From positions 2,272,001 through 2,336,000 of the forward strand of contig OY970061.1 in assembly GCA_963705255.1 (NCBI GenBank): a DNA stretch of 64,000 nt. Direction: 5' to 3'. A program made the position numbers and the translations under genes. This document shows positions 1-8,656 of the stretch, in pieces. Each line of letters opens with the position of its first letter. Position 1 is the stretch's first letter. The notes under the pieces were generated by a model, which was not told where the DNA came from, searched no databases, and was given only the letters and a program-made list of their open reading frames with translations. This DNA comes from an uncultured Methanoregulaceae archaeon (lineage in GTDB: Archaea; Halobacteriota; Methanomicrobia; Methanomicrobiales; Methanospirillaceae).

Positions 1-532
1 GTTCCTCCGGTGTATACTTGCCAATCTCCACGAGCTTCGGATTTGCATAGCCGATTCTGCCATTCTGGACTACCAGGATCGCTTCATTTGCATTTTCAAC
101 CAGTGTCCGGTACCGGTCTTCACTATCCCGGAGTGCCTCCTCCACCCGCTGCCTGCGTAATGATACCGCGACAATGTGCGCAAGCTCGGCAAACTGTGAT
201 TTTTGTTCACCACCTTTCTGGAGATAGAAATCGGCCCCTTCGTTTAATGCTTGGATGACAACCTCTTCACGACCTCGTCCGGTGAAAAGGATAAACGGGA
301 TGGTATTACCCGATCTTCTTACCTGCTTTAAAAATTCGATACCATCCATCTCCGGCATCTGGTAGTCAGAGATTATAGCATCGTACATCTTGGAATTCAG
401 CAGAGTAAGCGCGTCTGGAGCAGAGGTGGTGACGTCAACGCTGAACTGCCCGATCTCTTCAAGGAAGAGTTTGCCGACCTCAAGAAGGGCAGGTTCATCA
501 TCGACATAGAGGACTGAATACTTGGGAGGCAT
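1..532 (-). CDS. Response-regulator receiver + PAS signalling protein (runs off window start)
   Basis: Manual minus-strand translation from ATG at 532: MPPKYSVLYVDDEPALLEV...DAIISDYQMPEMDGIEFL...FILFTGRGREEV...GADFYLQKGG, then EEALRDSEDRYRTLVENANEAILVVQ (PAS start). Open to position 1; not in the ORF track. Confidence 0.9.
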   Translation of the reverse strand, partial: MPPKYSVLYVDDEPALLEVGKLFLEEIGQFSVDVTTSAPDALTLLNSKMYDAIISDYQMPEMDGIEFLKQVRRSGNTIPFILFTGRGREEVVIQALNEGADFYLQKGGEQKSQFAELAHIVAVSLRRQRVEEALRDSEDRYRTLVENANEAILVVQNGRIGYANPKLVEIGKYTPEE

Positions 533-747
533 GTAACAATTTCATTGTATAGATCGAAAGTGATTATATAGTCATGGTCGGTTGGTTCTGTTGCGTTGTC
601 GGGACGTTTAAATAGTCAACATTGCTAGGTAACGACGATATCATTTCCGTTAAGTCCCGTTAACGCAACAGCACCGTGCGACCCTCTCTTTTTATCCCAA
701 CGGAACCGATGTATAGATCACAGACGGGGAAAGACCGGCCGCATATT

Positions 748-1648
748 ATGAACCTTGTGAAAAAATACCAGGACTTCCGATCGACCATCAACATCAGCCT
801 CTTCTCCCTCTATCTCGCGATCGTGCTCATCATCCCGGCGATCACGATCCTCGTCGAGTATTACGTCTCGGTATACCCGGCATTCCGCTCGGGCCTGCAG
901 GTCGACCTGCAGGACTTCCATGTCTATCAGCTCTTCACGTCGTCGTTTGTCCACCTGGACTTCGACCATTTCCTCGGGAACGTGACCGCATACCTGCTGA
1001 TCGCCATCTACGACCTCGTGCTTGCCACCATCGTCAACCGGAAGCGGCTGTATCTCGTGCTGACCAAGGTGATCGTGGTCATCTTTCTCATCTTCGGCGC
1101 ATTCTTTGCCCTCTTCAATGCGACAACGAGCTGATTATGCAGGCCTCTCGGGGATCGATTCGGCGCTCGCGGGGTTGCTCCTCCTCTTCTGGCTGATGTA
1201 CCTGGAGCAGACATCCGGGAGGAGGATGCGCAGCTATTACGGCGTTGTACTGGCAGGTATCCTTGCCCTGTCTGCGGGGGTCATCGCCCGCTACATGCTC
1301 CTGTACCACACCGCGAGGAGCTCTCCTCTCCTGCTCAGCCTTGCCGCCGTGACCTGTATGCTGGTGCTTGCGGCCTTCGCGTACCGCCACCAGTTTAAGG
1401 ATTTATACCGCGTCCTGCAGGAGTTCCCCTGGTCTTCCCGGCTACTCACCGTCGCGATCGTCGTCATCTTCGGGTACTTCATCTGGAACCTCTTCCCGGA
1501 GCGGCTGGCCAACTCTACGCGGACCGTGAGCGTCTCCCTGCACCTGGCCGGCATTGTTATCGGCGTCCTTGCCGGGTACCTCTTCATGGTGTACCTGGAA
1601 GAGATCGCCTATTTCAAGGGGGAAAAAGAGGTTATCTCCCGGCTGTAA
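748..1648 (+). CDS. Rhomboid-family intramembrane serine protease (frameshift ~1132)
   Basis: ORFs 676-1134 and 1106-1648 join into one TM-rich protein with HLDFDHFLGN (HxxxN), GLSG (catalytic Ser) and SLHLAG (catalytic His). One extra base at AGCT^G. Confidence 0.75.
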
Positions 1649-1885
1649 CGGGAAATTCGGGGTACCGCGGCCGCCCTCCGGGCCCCTGGGGCGGCGGACA
1701 CAAAGTTTTTCCAGGCCTGCAACATCGGTAGCAGAAGGACTCGCGTCCTCTTCCTGCTGTTGCTGGTACGGGGGCCGGTCCGGATCATCCCCCTCTCCCG
1801 GGGTATATGCACGGGCGGGTGGCCCGGAGAGGACCTCCCGGACCACGCCGTCACCCTTATCGTCCCCCGCTCCCATCACTCTCCC

Positions 1886-2371
1886 ATGCCACCAGTTACG
1901 GAGGACCCCCTCCTCACAAGGCCGGCGCCGGCGTTCTGCCTGCCGGACGCGGATAATAAGACTGTCTGTCTCGAACAGTTCCGCGGGAGATGGGTGGTGC
2001 TGTACTTCTACCCGAAGGACAACACCCCGGGCTGCACCATCGAGGCGATGCAGTTCAATGCAGCCCTCGAACAGTTCGCCGGGCTCGGCGCCCAGGTGAT
2101 CGGCGTGAGCGGGGACACGCCCGAGAGCCACCAGGACTTTGCTGCCCGCCACAGTCTCACGATCCTGCTGCTGTCGGACACGGAACACCGGGTGCTCAGG
2201 GCGTACGGTTCCTGGAAACCGAAGGCAATGTTCGGGAAGGAATTTTTTGGCACCATGCGGGACACCTTCCTGATCGACCCGGCCGGCACGGTCGTCGCGG
2301 TCTGGCGAAGGGTGAGCCCGAAGGGGCATGCGGAAGAAGTGAAGACGGTCCTGCTCGAAAAGAGAGGGTAA
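1886..2371 (+). CDS. bcp: Peroxiredoxin, BCP/PrxQ family
   Basis: VVLYFYPKDNTPGCTIEA, IGVSGD, RDTFLIDPAG. Confidence 0.92.
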   Translation: MPPVTEDPLLTRPAPAFCLPDADNKTVCLEQFRGRWVVLYFYPKDNTPGCTIEAMQFNAALEQFAGLGAQVIGVSGDTPESHQDFAARHSLTILLLSDTEHRVLRAYGSWKPKAMFGKEFFGTMRDTFLIDPAGTVVAVWRRVSPKGHAEEVKTVLLEKRG

Positions 2372-2419
2372 CGGCCCGGACTGCGCCCGCCCTCCGGGCC
2401 GGGAAGTCATGGCACGCAG

Positions 2420-2992
2420 TTACCCGATCGCCCTGAGTATCTCACCGGTCTTCCGCACCCTGCCCATCCTAGGGAATATGAAGGTGACCGCTGCGTTGTG
2501 CCCCTCTGCCGTCATCGAGGCCATGGCATCCTCGGCAAAGACCTGCTGGAAGCCGTACTCGTAGGCGAACCGGGCGGTGCTCTCCACGCCGAAGTCCGTG
2601 GAGATCCCGCAGAGGACGATCGTGCCCATCCCCCGCCTCCTGAGCTGGAGCTCGAGGTCGGTGCCATAGAACGCCCCCCACTGCTTCTTCCCGATCACGA
2701 CGTCCGACGGGAGCGGGGCTATCTCCGGGACAAACTCCGACCAGTCCGCGGGCAGGGGCAGAGGGCGGGAGAATGACTGGTCGCTCGTGACCTTCAGCAT
2801 CGTCTCCGGTGTCGAGACCACGTGCACGAGGAATACCGGCATCCCGTTCTTCCGGAACGCCTGTACGAGGAGGGCTGCATTCCTGACAACCTCCTGTGCG
2901 GGGTACGGCTTCGTGGGCTGTGCTGCGATCCCTTTCTGGAGGTCGATGACTACGAGGGCGGTTGTTGTTCTGTCCAGTGCTAATTCCGGCAT
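2420..2992 (-). CDS. Isochorismatase/cysteine-hydrolase family protein
   Basis: TALVVIDLQKG, KKQWGAFYGTDLELQLRRRG, GISTDFGVESTAR. Confidence 0.9.
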   Translation of the reverse strand: MPELALDRTTTALVVIDLQKGIAAQPTKPYPAQEVVRNAALLVQAFRKNGMPVFLVHVVSTPETMLKVTSDQSFSRPLPLPADWSEFVPEIAPLPSDVVIGKKQWGAFYGTDLELQLRRRGMGTIVLCGISTDFGVESTARFAYEYGFQQVFAEDAMASMTAEGHNAAVTFIFPRMGRVRKTGEILRAIG

Positions 2993-3229
2993 AGTGCCAC
3001 CATGGGAACATAGGGTGCCGGGCCCTATTTATTTCCTGTGGTAAAGGAAGTGCAGCAGGCGCCCGGGCGGCCTGGCAGGGCCGGGGGGAGGTCAATCGAA
3101 GACGACGGCTCGCGGTTCCCTCTCTCCATCGCGCCGGAGATGGATCATGGCCCGTGCCCGTGCGGCACCGGAACTGCCGGAGCTCACCGCGGAAGCCGGT
3201 CCGCTTGTACAGGATAAAGGAGAAAGGGG

Positions 3230-3400
3230 TTATTTTTTGATGACTTTTTTGATCTTGGCCATCATGTCGGCAGGAATCGTCTCGATCTTGTGGGCAGTCT
3301 TTGCGTGTTCTGCAATCTTTTTCATCAGCTCCGCTTCAGTTGGGGCGCTCGTCTGGAATTTACAGTCCATACCCAGATCCTTGCATGCAAACGTTGGCAT
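3230..3400 (-). CDS. Small metal-binding protein, DUF1059-like (56 aa)
   Basis: Manual translation MPTFACKDLGMDCKFQTSAPTEAELMKKIAEHAKTAHKIETIPADMMAKIKKVIKK; C-x6-C...H-x4-H pattern; below the ORF-track cutoff. Confidence 0.85.
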   Translation of the reverse strand: MPTFACKDLGMDCKFQTSAPTEAELMKKIAEHAKTAHKIETIPADMMAKIKKVIKK

Positions 3401-3614
3401 CGTCTTTCACCGGTCGCACCATCTTTCTTTCAGGTATTTATGGTTTTTCCCAAAAAACAGAATCTGTAAAAACCCGCGATAACCCGTACCTGAAAAAAGA
3501 GAGAGGGATGGTCAGGTCGTGAAGTTCATGCTGGAAGTTGGTTCGCACCGGTACGAGCCGGATGAGATAAAGGTGTGGATACAAAACCACGCAGAAAAAA
3601 TGGAATAACAGGTA

Positions 3615-3749
3615 TCAGAGTTTACTCAGGATTTTGAGGGCTTTGTCATGGCGGGTCATGGATTTTTCCAGGATCACCCGCTCCGATGGCGCGAGTCCCC
3701 CGCCTTTCTCCTTACCTGTTTTTATATTGGATTTTTTTTCATCTGCCAT
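3615..3749 (-). CDS. Putative 44-aa small basic protein
   Basis: MADEKKSNIKTGKEKGGGLAPSERVILEKSMTRHDKALKILSKL, preceded by SD-like GGGTGAG. Confidence 0.5.
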   Translation of the reverse strand: MADEKKSNIKTGKEKGGGLAPSERVILEKSMTRHDKALKILSKL

Positions 3750-3943
3750 GATCTCACCCCGTATTCTTTTTATCAGTCATGGGACGCATAAGGGTAATTA
3801 TTTTTCCATTCCGGCAGGTATTCCATCAGCTGGTGGCGTTCCGGCCCGTCCATCGCCGGGCGTGAAGGGCCCTGCTCCGTGAGAAACCTCTGCGCGGAAT
3901 TTTCGCTTACTAAAAAAAGAGAAATGATAAACCGTCAAACACT

Positions 3944-4123
3944 TCAGAAGCGGGGCTTCCGGTGTTTCGGGAGGCAGTCCCTGCAATAGACGGGCCTTCC
4001 CTCAGTTGGCTTGAACGGTACTTCGCACTCTTTGCCGCAGTCTGAACAGACTACTTTTGTCATTTCGCGGGGGCCGAAGTCACGGGGACCGCGGTTTCCG
4101 CCAAAATTCGATGAACCAAACAT
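3944..4123 (-). CDS. CxxC-x17-CxxC zinc-ribbon small protein
   Basis: MFGSSNFGGNRGPRDFGPREMTKVVCSDCGKECEVPFKPTEGRPVYCRDCLPKHRKPRF. Confidence 0.9.
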   Translation of the reverse strand: MFGSSNFGGNRGPRDFGPREMTKVVCSDCGKECEVPFKPTEGRPVYCRDCLPKHRKPRF

Positions 4124-4474
4124 AATGATTTCTCGTACAGTCCTTGATGGGAAACTGTGTGCCATTCTATTGGTCTCCAAAGTATAAGAGGTGCTGTATT
4201 GATACACCCGGTTACATGCGTACGACCGGGGCGATCGGCCGGGGGTGGCCGATAAAGTCAGTACGGGAATGGTGGGGCGGGCTATCGGGACATCGGTGAG
4301 CGTATCCGGATTGGACAACCCGCATGTCCATGGTACCGGATTCTGCACCGGCGGTCGTGCCGGTTGTCGAGAGTCTGCTAGGAGTATACCCCGTGGGAAC
4401 TCCCCCTCTTTCCGAGGAGGGAGGATAATCTCCCATTTTTCGACTATCAGTACCTCTCATATACCCGGATCGGC

Positions 4475-5013
4475 AAAAATGACCGTTCCGGGCTCATTTT
4501 GAACCCGGTTTCACTCTTTCCGGATGTTCACGACCGGCCGGTTTCGGGCATTTTTGACGGGAGTGTCACGGGAAATCCTGCTATTGGCCCCGTTCGTGTT
4601 TTCGGGGGTTTTGCAGGGGGAAAAACCGGCCTGTTTAGAGCTTGTTTCTTTCGCAGAAAGTGGGCTGGGATGAGGTTTGGGTTGTGGCGGGGTGAGGGCA
4701 CAGAAATGCGACAGGGCTTTTCTAAGAGAGATCGACCTTAGTTTGCTGGATGAGAGTCTCTGGAGGTTGATTGTGTAACCTGCCTGATGGGTATGAAAGA
4801 CCTCATCTTCCTGAATCAGGTAAAAGTGGCCATCCGGGCTCATTTTTGGCTCCGTCTCCCTTTTTCCGGATATCAGCGACCGGCCTGTTTTGGGCATTTT
4901 AAAAGGAAGTGTCACGGGTGATCCTTTTGAGGGCCCGGTTTGCCGATTAGGAGATTTTGCGAAGAGAAAAACCGGCCAGGTACAGAACTTGTTTTGAGGA
5001 AGAATGGGTCGGG
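4475..5013. repeat. Two degenerate direct copies of a ~195-bp non-coding unit (4475-4669 and 4822-5013)
   Basis: Blocks TCCGGGCTCATTTT, AGTGTCACGGG and GAAAAACCGGCC recur at a constant 346-bp offset; CGACCGGCC and GGGCATTTT are also shared. Confidence 0.85.
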
Positions 5014-5208
5014 GCTATAAGGTGATACTGTTTTTATGACGGGTAGTATAGTAAAGGGAAGAAGAGTCACAACTGCTAAATCCATTAAAATCTGTTTTTA
5101 ATAAGAGACAGTTCTGACTCTATTGCTTAATCGGTTTTTTAAGTGAATTATTAGATCCAGCCTTCAACCCCCCACCGCTCCTGCACCCGTAGCGACTTCC
5201 GGTTCCCC

Positions 5209-6054
5209 TCACTCAACCGATCGTATGACCAGCACCGGCCGTTTCCCGGTTCTCACCACGTCCTGCACGATACTGCCGGCAAGGAACTCGTGCAGGCAGC
5301 CCCTGCCCTCCACGCTCAGCCAGATCAGCGAGACATCCTCTTCGCCTGCGACCCGTGCGATCCCGGGGGCGGGGTCACCGCCTGTCACGATCGTCCTGAC
5401 CTTCACCTTCCGGTGGGGGAGCGTCTCCCGGATCCTGTGGAGCCGGGCTTTTGGGTCCGGTGCCGGGCCCTTTGCGGTATCCTCCGGCACCACGTGGAGG
5501 AGGAGGATCTCCCGCACGCTTCCTGCGGTTCCGGCGCACGCGATCGCTTTTTCTGAAAACTCCGAGAAGTCCGTGGGACAGAGGACTTTTGCAAAGATGT
5601 TCCGGCAGAACCTGGTGTAGGTCTTCCCCTGCAGGCTGTCGATCAGCCGGTTGGGCATCACCAGCACGTTGGTCCTGCTGATCCGGCAGAGGACCGTTGC
5701 AGGGACCCGCCCGAGGAGGATGCCGGCCCTGAAGCTCGTGGCATAGCTGCTGATCACGATGAGGTCAGCCCCTGCCGCTCCTGCGGCATCGAGGATCGCA
5801 CCGGCAATATCCCTTGCAGCGGTCACGTCAAGGGTAACGGTGACCGCGGGGTTCAGGGACTCCAGGTACCGCTTCGCCTCCTCAAGATATTCCCTTGTCA
5901 CCTCCGCTGCCAGCCTCTCGATCACCGGGATCGGGAACGCTTTCACGACATGGAGGAGGTGGATCTCGCGGACATGGGGAAAACCCGAGAGGCAGTCGAG
6001 CTCCGCCTGTGCATGCCCTGAAAAATCCGTCGGGAACAGTATCTTTTCAAACAT
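5209..6054 (-). CDS. Universal stress protein, tandem Usp domains
   Basis: MFEKILFPTDFS... and second domain FAKVLCPTDFSEFS...GSIVQDVVRTGKRPVLVIR. Confidence 0.92.
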   Translation of the reverse strand: MFEKILFPTDFSGHAQAELDCLSGFPHVREIHLLHVVKAFPIPVIERLAAEVTREYLEEAKRYLESLNPAVTVTLDVTAARDIAGAILDAAGAAGADLIVISSYATSFRAGILLGRVPATVLCRISRTNVLVMPNRLIDSLQGKTYTRFCRNIFAKVLCPTDFSEFSEKAIACAGTAGSVREILLLHVVPEDTAKGPAPDPKARLHRIRETLPHRKVKVRTIVTGGDPAPGIARVAGEEDVSLIWLSVEGRGCLHEFLAGSIVQDVVRTGKRPVLVIRSVE

Positions 6055-6374
6055 AGGTACCCCCATTGCCCCCACAGGTTACGGCACCAGCTCCCCCGCA
6101 TGAGCCCTGCCGTTAGTAAATCAATAGATCCTGCTCGCAATATTTAAGGATATCCCGGGCAGGGATTGCCTGCATCTCCCGGCCCGGCAGGGGCTGCCGC
6201 TGTCACATCCCTGTCGGATGGATCGCCGGGCTGGTGTTGCGAGGCGGGCAGAACGCCAGGCACTCAGGACAGAGGCGCTCCTGCAGACTATCTGAAATTA
6301 AGAGGCGGGCTGATCGGAACACATGCCAGGTTTTTTTAACAAACCATTTATTTCCGTACTTTCAACCGGGTGTC

Positions 6375-6563
6375 ATGAACCCGCCATGCCGGAACCCGGT
6401 ACTCGTCATCGTCGTCCTCTGGGCCATCGCGATCGCCACGACGGCCTTCCTCTTCATGGGGAGCCCGGACATCCTGTACGGCATCCTTATCCAGGTGATC
6501 TGCATGATCGGGTCGGCCACGTACCTGAAGCAACGGGAAACGGCGGATTGCAGGGCCGTCTGA
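6375..6563 (+). CDS. Small two-TM membrane protein
   Basis: MNPPCRNPVLVIVVLWAIAIATTAFLF...ILYGILIQVICMIGSA; two hydrophobic stretches. Confidence 0.6.
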   Translation: MNPPCRNPVLVIVVLWAIAIATTAFLFMGSPDILYGILIQVICMIGSATYLKQRETADCRAV

Positions 6564-6672
6564 TTCTGCAGGAACAGCAGCACCAGCTCACACCGCGGCG
6601 GGGAGCCCGCTCCGGCCCCGCTCCCGGCAAAACTTTTTCCCCCGCGCCACCCAACAACCCGATAGAGTACGT

Positions 6673-6984
6673 ATGGACATCCCGCAACTCTACGCCACCT
6701 TCACCAACCCGAAAGTCGTCACGAGCATGCTCCTCCTCGGCATCGGCTTCGGGATCCTCCTCTCGCTCCTCCTGCGTTACCTCGCGGGGCAGTGGTACAT
6801 GCCGGCGGCTTTCGTCGCCATCTGTGCCGTCACGGCCATCGTGTACATGTACCTGGCTCGACCGGCAGGACTGGCGGGAAGATTGACACGGGCGACCGGA
6901 GTACCCGGCAGATCCCCCTCCCCCAATCCAAACGTTAATCCCCTGCGCACGAGCTCATTCGAGCTGAACGAGGCACCCGCATGA
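6673..6984 (+). CDS. Small membrane protein
   Basis: Two hydrophobic helices in the first ~62 aa; 3' end uncertain; overlaps the next start (ATGA). Confidence 0.55.
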   Translation: MDIPQLYATFTNPKVVTSMLLLGIGFGILLSLLLRYLAGQWYMPAAFVAICAVTAIVYMYLARPAGLAGRLTRATGVPGRSPSPNPNVNPLRTSSFELNEAPA

Positions 6985-7379
6985 AGACCAGGACCATCCA
7001 CCAGACCCTCACGCTTCCGGCATCTCCCCACGCGGTCTATGAAATGCTCATGGACGAGAAGAAACACGCCCTCTTCACCGGGGGAGCCGCAGAGATCAGC
7101 CGGAGCGCCGGGGGAACGTTCTCCACCAACGACGGCTATTCGAGCGGCAGGAACCTCGAGCTCGTGCAGGACCGGAAGATCGTCCAGAGCTGGCGGGCAT
7201 TCGACTGGCCGGAAGGGCATCTCTCCACGATCACCATCACGCTTGCACCGGCCCGGGAAGGAACGAAACTCACCTTCGGCCAGGCCGGTGTCCCGGAGGA
7301 GCAGTACCAGGAGATACGGCAGGGCTGGTACACCTGGTACTGGGAGCCGCTGAAAGCGGTGCTGGAGAAGGTGACGTAA
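6981..7379 (+). CDS. SRPBCC / Aha1 (AHSA1) domain protein
   Basis: ASPHAVYEMLMD...GGTFS...ELVQDRKIVQSWR...WPEGH...GTKLTF...GWYTWYW. Confidence 0.9.
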   Translation: MKTRTIHQTLTLPASPHAVYEMLMDEKKHALFTGGAAEISRSAGGTFSTNDGYSSGRNLELVQDRKIVQSWRAFDWPEGHLSTITITLAPAREGTKLTFGQAGVPEEQYQEIRQGWYTWYWEPLKAVLEKVT

Positions 7380-7439
7380 AGCGGGAGCGGGAAAGGACGC
7401 GCCGGGCTGGCCCCGGTTGTAACCAGAAAAAACCCTGCA

Positions 7440-8327
7440 TCACCGCAGGCAGCTGCGCACCTTCTCTTTCACGCCCTGCTCCATACCCCCGAGCGTCCTG
7501 ATGTCCCTGACCGTATCGGCACGGTCGACCAGGACCTGCCCGGCCGGCCCGATGCCGAGATTGCGGAAAAATGCCGTCACGACCCGGGTGATGCAGGTGA
7601 AATTTTCCTCCCCCTTGCGCCCGGCCACCGAGAAGACCAGCCCTTTCTGTCCTGCCCTTCCGCCGCATAGCGCCCGCTCGGCATGGTAGGCCTGCATGCG
7701 GTCGATGACCAGCTTGAGCCCGCCGGTCACGGTATTGGTATACACCGGCGAACAGACGATGAGGAGCGATGCCCCCCGGACTGCATCGATAATTGCCGTC
7801 ATGTCGTCGTCAAAGACGCACGAGCCGGTGTTGTAGCACTGGTAGCAGCCGATGCAGCAGTGGATGTCCAGGTCATGGGGATAGATGACCTGAGCGGTCC
7901 TTCCGGCCCCGTGCGCAGCTTCAACCGCCCAGGAGGCCAGGATGCTGCAGTTCCCGTCCGCCCGGGGGCTTCCCTGGAGGACTATGAGATCGGCTGCCGG
8001 GGCAGCATGCCGGACCGCCCGGTCCGGCGGGTACTTCCGGAACAACGCCGAAGGGTCGTTGCGGATCTCCCTCTCCCAGGAAGCGGCGACCTCCCGTGCA
8101 GCAGTCTCCGCGGTGAGGGGGACGAGCGGGGAATACTCGTACGTGTTCGTGCGGAAGACCGCGAGCGTCTCGCCGCCGGACGTAACAGCAAGGACATACC
8201 TTGCCATGCCGGGATAGAGCGCAGAAAAATCCTCGCGGTGAAGGGTGAGCTGGTACGGTTCTTTCCCGGTACCGGCCGTCACGCTGTGGATCAGTTCCCG
8301 TGCAGGTTCCATCACGGTATTGTCCAT
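7440..8327 (-). CDS. Iron-sulfur flavoprotein / NADPH-FMN reductase family protein with an extra N-terminal domain
   Basis: QGSPRADGNC, CIGCYQCYNTGSC (CX2CX2CX5C), SPVY...LKLVIDR; ~110-aa N-terminal extension; start uncertain. Confidence 0.85.
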   Translation of the reverse strand: MDNTVMEPARELIHSVTAGTGKEPYQLTLHREDFSALYPGMARYVLAVTSGGETLAVFRTNTYEYSPLVPLTAETAAREVAASWEREIRNDPSALFRKYPPDRAVRHAAPAADLIVLQGSPRADGNCSILASWAVEAAHGAGRTAQVIYPHDLDIHCCIGCYQCYNTGSCVFDDDMTAIIDAVRGASLLIVCSPVYTNTVTGGLKLVIDRMQAYHAERALCGGRAGQKGLVFSVAGRKGEENFTCITRVVTAFFRNLGIGPAGQVLVDRADTVRDIRTLGGMEQGVKEKVRSCLR

Positions 8328-8656
8328 CCCGGAAGGATAAGAGCCTGTGGGATCCGGCTCCCCCTTCCCGGCCCCGGGCCGGGCGGGACGGTCCAATCAC
8401 CCGGACGGGGAAATGGTCTCACCGGAAAATCGGGAGAACGCTCATCGGACCTTCCGGTGGACCGGCGTGAAATCCCGGGAGGAGGAGAGAGAAAACGTGA
8501 AGTGCATCCCGGGGCCTTCTTCAGGGCGGCGGAACGCGGTAAATGCCTGGAATCTGCCCTATGAGATAAGTATATCAGGAAATTAACATGGATGAATATT
8601 TGTGCAGGAAAAATAACGTGCAGATAAAATCCGATCCAAAATCCGGCAAAAACAAG

